A stretch of DNA of 64,000 nucleotides from Octopus vulgaris. Lineage: Eukaryota. The notes beneath the pieces are model-generated. The model was given only the letters and a program-made list of their open reading frames with translations, searched no databases and was not told the origin of the DNA. The position numbers were made by a program, and so were the translations under genes. Shown one piece after another: positions 55,278-64,000 of this stretch. The stretch lies in the NCBI GenBank assembly GCA_951406725.2, contig OX597818.1:98394001-98458000 (forward strand). The letters run 5' to 3'. Each line of letters begins with the position of its first letter. Positions within the stretch are counted from its first letter, which is position 1.

Positions 55278-55543
55278 CTTCGCCACCTCCGCTTTTGCTT
55301 TCATGAGTCACTGTTCAATGTATATATATAGCTAGCTTGTTCTCAGCTGAAGTTTCACTTGTTTTATAAACATACCAAAATTATAAACTGTGCGCGCGCG
55401 CGCGCGTGTGTGTATGTTTGTGTGTGTAGGCACCCCACAACCTTTCACGCACTCATACTTGCCTGTTTTTGTATTTTGTTTTTTTTCTTCTTTTTTTTGT
55501 GAAATTTATTTTCTTTCATAAAGTTTATAGTTAAACGTATGTT

Positions 55544-55588
<45 letters not shown>

Positions 55589-56764
55589 ATGTACGCATTC
55601 GCACATACATCACCGTATGTATGTGTGTGTATAAAAACCTTTTGTATGTACGTGTTCTCCGTAGAATGTTCTCTTTACACGCAAGAATGTTTGTATGTAT
55701 GGGTGTGTGATTGTTGATAAATATAGCTCTTACAGTGTGTGTGTGTGTGTGTTATATCGAATTCAATGTCATAAGTAATTTGTCTGTCGTTGATCTTATA
55801 TCCGTGTTAGGTTATTATACGAATTGCGTTGTAACTTTGGACAAGAGATATTGATTGGCCAAGCCTCTGCTCTGCGTTGGTTTAAAAACTTAAGCCAACA
55901 TTGTAAACATTTTCTTTTCACTCTGCTTGCACTGGTATTTTTAGACAACTTCGTCAGAAATTTTTAAATAATTAAATAAATGAAATGGGCTAAGAAATAT
56001 AACTCAAATGAACTACCGGTAAGGAATTTGAATAAATATTTTCAAAGACGTGATTATATTAAAAAATATATCAATGAAATTTATTTCTTTTTCGACTGGA
56101 GAAAAAAAAATGAATTATATCCACTTACAGCTGTTATTGTTTAGGCCCCATTTCAATTATAACTGGGCTGACCCATGATAAAAATTATTACAACCGTGTT
56201 CATCCTGTCTTTTCCCTATATGCAAGGAACCCAAAATTGGACAGTATTTCTTAACGAAGGATCTTCCTAATGTTTTTCCAATCACTTGAAATGTTTTAAA
56301 TTTTCATCATAAAATTATATAACTTTTAAATGCTTGTAACTTTTTCCCTTTTCGGCTGAATGACTGACTCTAAAAGTCCGGACTAATATTTTCTCTTGGT
56401 GATTCTTCGGTATTGGTATACAGAGAATCGGTATAAGGAGACGATGTCATCACCCTGTTTTTCAGCCTAGTCGTGTGGATGAATGACATTGTGTACCAAT
56501 AACGAAGGATTGCCTTTTATTTTAAAATAAACAATACAGTTATACCATCGGTTATTCGGTACCTATTTTAATTTGGGAATAATTATGAGAGGACACACGA
56601 CACGTGCCCTTTCATATTAATATAATTGAAAACTAAGAGAGTGAAACCGACATAATAATAATGTTCTATTAAATAAAGGCGTGGTGGTACAATTTGGCGA
56701 CGCAAAAAAAAAAGTAAAGTAAAAATAAATTAAAAACACGGTTGCAGTCAGGTAAAAGTAAAGT

Positions 56765-56970
56765 TCCTTCACAAGTCATAGACTAAGGGTGATTTCCCGG
56801 TTTCCATGGCACATATATATTCCCCACCTGGATAGGACGCCAGTCTCTCAAAGCGTAACTCATTTTTGCCAGCTGAGTAGACTGGATCAACGTGAAATGA
56901 AGTGTTTTGCTCAAGAACATAACGCGTCGTCCGACCCAGGAATCGAAACCACAATCTTACGATCATGAGT
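56765..56970 (-). mobile_element. SINE-C
   Basis: Family match to 6657-6905. Confidence 0.8.
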
Positions 56971-57205
56971 CCAACTAGTTTACTATTATTATTACGTGGT
57001 CCGGGAGAATGGATAATCCGGTGTGTGTCTGAAACTAGAAGATGCAGAGGATATCAACTGGAAGACGGTCACGTTTTAATCAATCTTCGTTCGATTCTAT
57101 TACTTGGCTTCTGTTTATTTAAATCGGCTGTAAAACACTGACGCACGTATGAACTAAGTTCGGGGTGTCACCGAATACCTAATAGGTACCAAGTGACATA
57201 TATTG

Positions 57206-57259
<54 letters not shown>

Positions 57260-57268
57260 AACATATAT

Positions 57269-57299
<31 letters not shown>

Positions 57300-57395
57300 T
57301 ATATATACATATTTTGTATATATGTGTGTATGTAGGTGTGTTTATATAAAAGAAGAAAGACATAGATATACAGATAGATATATAGATAGACAGAC

Positions 57396-57477
<82 letters not shown>

Positions 57478-57481
57478 GTAG

Positions 57482-57554
<73 letters not shown>

Positions 57555-57965
57555 CAGACAGACAGGCAGACAAAGTTCCGTAGTCGAAACTCTCCTGATG
57601 TTTGAATCGCATTTATAACTTTTTAGCGGAATAAACTATATACTTGTGTTTTCTTGCATATATTTCTGGAGACAGAGAGTGAGTGAGTGACGTGGGGGGG
57701 GATCGAAAGAGAGGAGCCAAACAAACACTCACACAGAACCCATATTGTCTAACCCCTTCTCAGAAAGGATCTATGACACAGGTCATCTCGTTGAGGTCAG
57801 TGTAATGTATGGAAACCCATTGACGAAAAGAAAACAAACTCTACAGAGTAGTGTTTCTCTTAGTTATAAAAACCCGAACATGTTGATTCGCTTTAATGGA
57901 TCCTGTGTTAGACAGTTTTCTTTGCCGTTTTACTAATGCTGCCTATCTGCCTGTCTAATCTATCC

Positions 57966-58044
<79 letters not shown>

Positions 58045-58048
58045 AATC

Positions 58049-58514
58049 TAAGTATCACTCGAAGAGGAAAGTGAGAGTAGAGAGGCAAGTGTTGTCTAGT
58101 GAATGTAGCAAGGATGGCACGTATGAATGACGAAGCCACCTTGACTATGATCCTATGAACCGTAAAAATTAAGACAGAGAGTTGCTTATTTGTAAAAAAA
58201 TATAACATGTGACTTCATTGACCGAGGTTACCGTGGTCTTTTCCGTAGGCTTTTCTTTCCACGGGTAAACCTCACCTGTCCTCCCCTTTACACTTTATAT
58301 TGACATTTCTGTGATAACGATCCCTATTGATCAATTTTTTTCCTTTTCCTTTTTTTTTAAAAAATTTTATCCCCCACCTTTTTTTGTCCTCTTTCTTTCC
58401 TTTTACGATCCCTTTTGATCGAAAACCAAACCCCCTTTTTTACCCCCAAAAGAAAAGCTCTACCTTGTAATTTGTCCTGTCTGTGTGCAGCCCTGTATGG
58501 CTAATAAAGAAACA
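58049..58514 (+). mobile_element. 5'-truncated Tx1/L1-like LINE with 12-bp TSD in (TATC)n
   Basis: TSD TATCTTTCAATC at 58037-58048 and 58515-58526. Residual YHSKRKVRVERQVLS / VNVARMARMNDEATLTMIL*. Tail GCCCTGTATGGCTAATAAAGAAA. Confidence 0.75.
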
Positions 58515-58531
58515 TATCTTTCAATCAATCA

Positions 58532-58611
<80 letters not shown>

Positions 58612-58959
58612 GTTTATCTCTTATGATCTGCATCTCTTTCTGTCCCAACAGTTTCACTCTTCCTCTCCACCTCTCATACTTCTTCGTTTTAAGACCCTTC
58701 TCGGCACAATGTATCTTTTATTCATAACAAACCCAAGCTATATCGCGCGTTTTGTACTAAAAGGTCACCATATTCAGCAATTGTGACATGATTAAACTGT
58801 AAAATAGAATGTTTAACATTACATATTTATTTACAACAACCATAATAATAAATCAGATTTATCCTATTGCATCGCTATAGCCAAATGCCAGGTTTATTTT
58901 CCTAAATCAACCCTTTACAATTTACTCACTATTGCCTTCAAGTCTTGGATAATGAGAAC

Positions 58960-59121
58960 GAATCCAGGTAAAAAAAAAAGTCACAGGAAAAAAGTCACTG
59001 GGGTTTTGTCTGGATCCCATAAATTTATTGTGACTTTTTCCCCTGTGTCTTTATTACCGGTCACCATAAATTAATTGTGACTATTTTCTCCTGGCCAAAA
59101 CTAACTTTATTACAGGTCACC
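58960..59121. mobile_element. 162-bp MITE with perfect 8-bp TSD and internal inverted subrepeats
   Basis: TSD ATGAGAAC at 58952-58959 and 59122-59129. AAAAAGTCAC / GTGACTTTTT subrepeats. Confidence 0.75.
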
Positions 59122-61328
59122 ATGAGAACAACTAAAGCAAAATAGTTCCATTCATTGAACACAGATCCAGAGAAGAGTTTGGATTACTCGCTGTGGATGT
59201 TAAATTAATAACCTAGACAAATAAAACATCGCTTGTTTCAAGTCCTATTGACTTTATACTGGCGTGAACAGTCACCTCGATTCGCGGTTCGGTTTCCTTC
59301 GTGCATTATAATCTTAACGACATATAATCTTGGCACACTTTCTAATTAGCGCCCTGTGTATGTGTGTGTGTGTAGACTAGTCGGCCCCTGTTTTAATATA
59401 CTTATAAGTATTTCAGAATTGTTCATTATGCATGCTGTTATCATTGTTATGCTTGTATTAGATAATTTACGCTCTCTCTGTCCCTCTCTCTCTCTCTCTC
59501 TCTTACACACACACACCCACACACATACCACTTTTAATATAGGATTTAGTATTTTATCTCTCGATATTCATTTCAATTAATGACGGGTCCACCCGATTAA
59601 TGTCACGACTGCTGACACCTCCTCCACCCGGAGCTATACTTATGATATCACTACCTAAAATTAATGATTCCTCGCGAACCAGGCGGTCATTTAGTGCATA
59701 AATAAACTATTGCTTCTAATATATTGACATAAGGCCAGAAATTTTGAAAGGGGTGGTTCGTCGATTTTAAACGCCTCCAGTACTTAAATACTACTTTATT
59801 TTCGTCATCGACCCTAGAGGCTTATTTTTATCATCGACCCAGAACGTTAAGGGTCTGAATAAATAATACTTCGAGGTATTTTCGTTCGATTGTAATGTAT
59901 TTAGTGTAGTACGGCGCTCTACCGCTTTTGCCGTGCACACTTGTTGGTTCATATTGGTAATAATGCTCTCAACAAGGCCTGAAATGTGAAGAGGTGGGTG
60001 GCATCGACCCCTGTGCTCAACTGGTATTTTTTTTTTTTTTTTATCAATCCCAAAAAGATGAAAAGCATAGTCGACCTCCATGGAATTTGAACTCAGAACG
60101 TAGAGACGGACGAAATGCCGCTCAGAATTTTTCCGGCGTGCTGAATGATTCTACCAGCTTGCTGCTTTTGGTAATGATAATAATGATTCCAACTGCAGAA
60201 ATATTGGCTATAGGAAAAAGGATTGGGATATTGACTCTGGTTGCAGAGTTAGCAGTGGTGTGGTTTCAGTGTGTGCCACCGCAGCCCTTATGTTTACCAC
60301 TGCTCCCTCTCCAGGCCCCCACAAAGAATATAGCCCATTCAGGCTACATTAGACTTTGTGCCCCTATCTCAAAAGCGTGCCTACTTACGTTACTGATTTG
60401 GAGATACTTTATTTTACTGACCGGGGAATGAGGGAAGGTAAATTCAAATGTACTAGGATTTGAACTCAGAATGAGTATGGAGGTCAAGTAATACGTCCAG
60501 ACAGCACCTTGTCCAACAATCTACCGGTTGTGTGTCACCAACCGCTTTTTTTCCAATGGTTTGCTTTGTACATTTATGGTGACGGGAGAGGCACCAAAGG
60601 AAATTATTGTTACAAAAACGTCAATTGGGTCTCCAAATCTTCCTCATATAATGTCAAAAACAAAAACAAACCCCGAAAGGATGTGTGTTCTTGGGTTCCT
60701 TACGAAAAAAGACAAGTTCATCATGACTGGATTGCCTTTGATTATGTCTGCTCTACCAGAGCTGACCTGGGGCTAAATAACAACAACAAAATAAAGAGGG
60801 AGTCTCTGTATGGTTGTTCGTTGGACCTTTAAATCATAAGACAGTGTAGAATCTAGTCTCTCTTATAGATTAAAAAAAAAAGACGGTGACAAAACGTTTG
60901 GAGCGCAAGTCTGCTCCAGCAGGGCCTAACAACAACTTATGTCCGGTACATCTTAAAATAGGTGAACCCACTCTGGTTGAGGGCCTCAATATCGGGCCCT
61001 GGCCATTGAGAACCCTTAAGACTGTCTCGTCTATATCATCGTCCCATACATTTAGCCCGGGACGGTGAGATAAACGGCGATGTATATACATCCGCATATA
61101 TATATATATATTATGACGACGTCGGTTGTGATAGTGAATGCTGGTGATGTTAGCAGTTTGAATAATGACATAATCGTATTTATTTGTTTATTTATATGGG
61201 GTCCTCTTGTCAAAACCTGATACAAATGAAATGACAGTAGCTTACAGAAAAAGCGGAAACGACCGGCAGAAAAGATTAACAGCAACAAATGGTTAAAAGT
61301 GTGTTTTATAGATCCACATTCATATAAC

Positions 61329-61398
<70 letters not shown>

Positions 61399-62021
61399 AA
61401 GTACGTGTATCATTAATGCACACATACGCATATGTAAAATGTAATTAAATTTAGGTTAGTCTAAAACTAATACTGTGAAAGTGGAAAACGAATCAAAACT
61501 AACTCTTACACCAGCTTCTCTCTGTTAATTCTTCCCTTACATTTCCTTCAATCAGTCTGTCTGTATGTATGTATGTATGTATGTGTTTTTAGATTTTGTT
61601 TTTGTATATTTTTTCATGCTTCTGTCTATTGGTAACATTATTTTTGTTGTTTGGAAGCTTTTATTTATTTACTTTATATATTTATTTATTTATTTATCGC
61701 TGCAACAGAATAAAACTGAAGCAGCTATGAATGAAAACATAGACAGCTGGCTTATATATTATTTAACTAAATCTGACAGTGAGAAAAACAGAATAAAATG
61801 TGTGTCTATGTGCATGAATGTGACTCTATGTGTATGTGTGTCTGAGTTTGTGTGTGTGTGTGTGCATCTACTATGTGTATGTATTCCTCTGTACAAAAAA
61901 CATTCATGCATACGTAATATATATATATGTACGCATGTCTGTGTATGATGTTTATGTATGTAGGTATGTATGTGAAAGGGAGTTCCATAATTAGATTGAG
62001 AAAGAGAGAGAGAGAGAATGG

Positions 62022-62055
<34 letters not shown>

Positions 62056-62057
62056 AT

Positions 62058-62100
<43 letters not shown>

Positions 62101-62193
62101 CCAGTTATATTAAAATATAAGTGGGTTAATAAGTTCATAAACTAGCTAAACAACCAAAAATGATAGATACATACGTACATAGTCTGTGTGTAC

Positions 62194-62237
<44 letters not shown>

Positions 62238-62872
62238 GTGTGTGTGTATAAACAATAAATGCACAGTAAAACACGCATGCAACAAGTTAAATGTTATTTC
62301 CTTTCAAGTTGTCATTTAAGAGGAAAAAAAAGAAATTTAATGAATAATTTTTTTTAATTTTTCATTTCAAATTTGTCTCTTCAAATTTTAATTGTTGCAA
62401 AAAGAAGTTCGTTACAACTTTTTTCATTTGTTTTTGTTTTTGTTTTTGTTGCATTCATGTAAGTTTGTTTTTGAGAATAAATTTTTTTTTTCCCTTTTTT
62501 TTGTATTTTTTTTTTTTTTAAAAAAAAAAACCGTTTTATTGTATGACTTGGAATGAAGACGAAATATAGGGTCTGAAAGTGTGTGAAGGTCACCCGTATG
62601 AATGGAATGGAAGTGGGCTCTCAGAGCTTAACCGTGCATTACAGATACAGAGACATAGGGTGGTGTATGTGTATGTGTGTGTATGTGGGGGGGGGGTCTA
62701 GGTTTCTTCATGACATACAGGAGGAGGGAATATGTTGTCTGCGGCAGCAGAGACGGTGGTAATAGTGTGTGTGTGTGTGTGTGTGGGAGGGGAACCGGTG
62801 GTTGCAAGGCTGGTAGTTTATACACATTAACAAGTTTGTTATAAGGTTAGAAATGAAATGTGTGTGTAATGT

Positions 62873-62944
<72 letters not shown>

Positions 62945-63113
62945 TAGTGGTTGAAAAATGACAGCGCTGATTGAGGGAGAAGGGAGAGAAAGTGAGAACG
63001 ATAATTATGTTAGAGGGAGGTAGTTGAACGAGAGCGAATGAGTAATGTATAAAGGTGGCTTGGAGAGAGAAGTAAAGGGTAGAAAATATACACATTGACT
63101 AAAAAGAAGCAAC

Positions 63114-63185
<72 letters not shown>

Positions 63186-63198
63186 AATCAGCATACTT

Positions 63199-63250
<52 letters not shown>

Positions 63251-63437
63251 ATGCTCACATATGCACATCTAGTTTTTTTCTCAAGAATAATTTGCGTAAT
63301 TAAAAAAAAGCATAGAATTAAGGGAAGTAACTCAAAGAGTCACTGGCATGAGTTTATGTAATTCCAAAATCATTTATGGAAATCATGCCTTGTCCAAAAG
63401 TATTATGTAAAAAATAAAAAAATACGTATTCGCTGAC

Positions 63438-63473
63438 ATGCTGATGAGGTCAGCTGGGCGGAAACATATCCAT
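63438..63473 (+). ncRNA. Minimal hammerhead-like motif (degenerate)
   Basis: ATG-CTGATGA-GGTCAGCTGGGCG-GAAA-CATA-TC-CAT. The core is intact but stems II and III are imperfect. Confidence 0.4.
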
Positions 63474-63653
63474 AGTTGTCCTTGACAATTTAAATGGAAG
63501 TGGATGAGCTCCAGTGTAAGACAAATTTGCCGTTCTGGTTGTGGCTCTTATAAGTGAACACATTTAATTCCGTCCGCTATCATGAAACGATAGGGTTATA
63601 TATATATATATATACAAACGTATATGATAGATAGATGGCTAGATAAATAGATG

Positions 63654-63740
<87 letters not shown>

Positions 63741-63758
63741 GGATAGATAGATAGATAT

Positions 63759-63882
<124 letters not shown>

Positions 63883-64000
63883 GCGCTCACACAGCATTAA
63901 CAATTACAGAACATATATTGATAGGGGAAGTCAATCCTGAGAATCGAACCAAATTTATTATAAAATTTATGTTGACTGGAATTTTAAGCTTCGCCTTCGA

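Overview
AT-rich, microsatellite-dense eukaryotic DNA. The repeat landscape (tRNA-derived SINE families, huge TA/CA/GA/TATC tracts) is what I would expect of a cephalopod, probably Octopus; this is an inference and was not checked by search. No intact protein-coding gene is visible, and nearly all ORFs in the track are read-throughs of simple repeats or SINEs. The window is a nested graveyard of mobile elements. It holds at least four tRNA-derived SINE groups (my labels A-D, plus mosaics) and 3' fragments of RTE-, Tx1/L1- and R4/Dong-like LINEs. It also holds decayed Penelope-like (PLE) GIY-YIG fragments, Helentron/HINE-like elements, and Tc1/mariner-, hAT- and 8-bp-TSD MITEs, one family carrying TTAGGG repeats. 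There is a 100-N gap at 8069-8168. The most notable signal is one apparently intact type I hammerhead ribozyme (38915-39009) plus several minimal or variant hammerhead motifs, most sitting in inverted or tandem pLTR-like repeats. These suggest a diverse set of non-autonomous PLE or retrozyme-like elements. SINE/LINE partnerships can also be read directly from shared 3' tails (SINE-B with a Tx1-like LINE, a D-head SINE with RTE). A possible promoter and first exon lies near 50.3-50.7 kb. Repeat boundaries are by eye and approximate unless a TSD or TIR is quoted.
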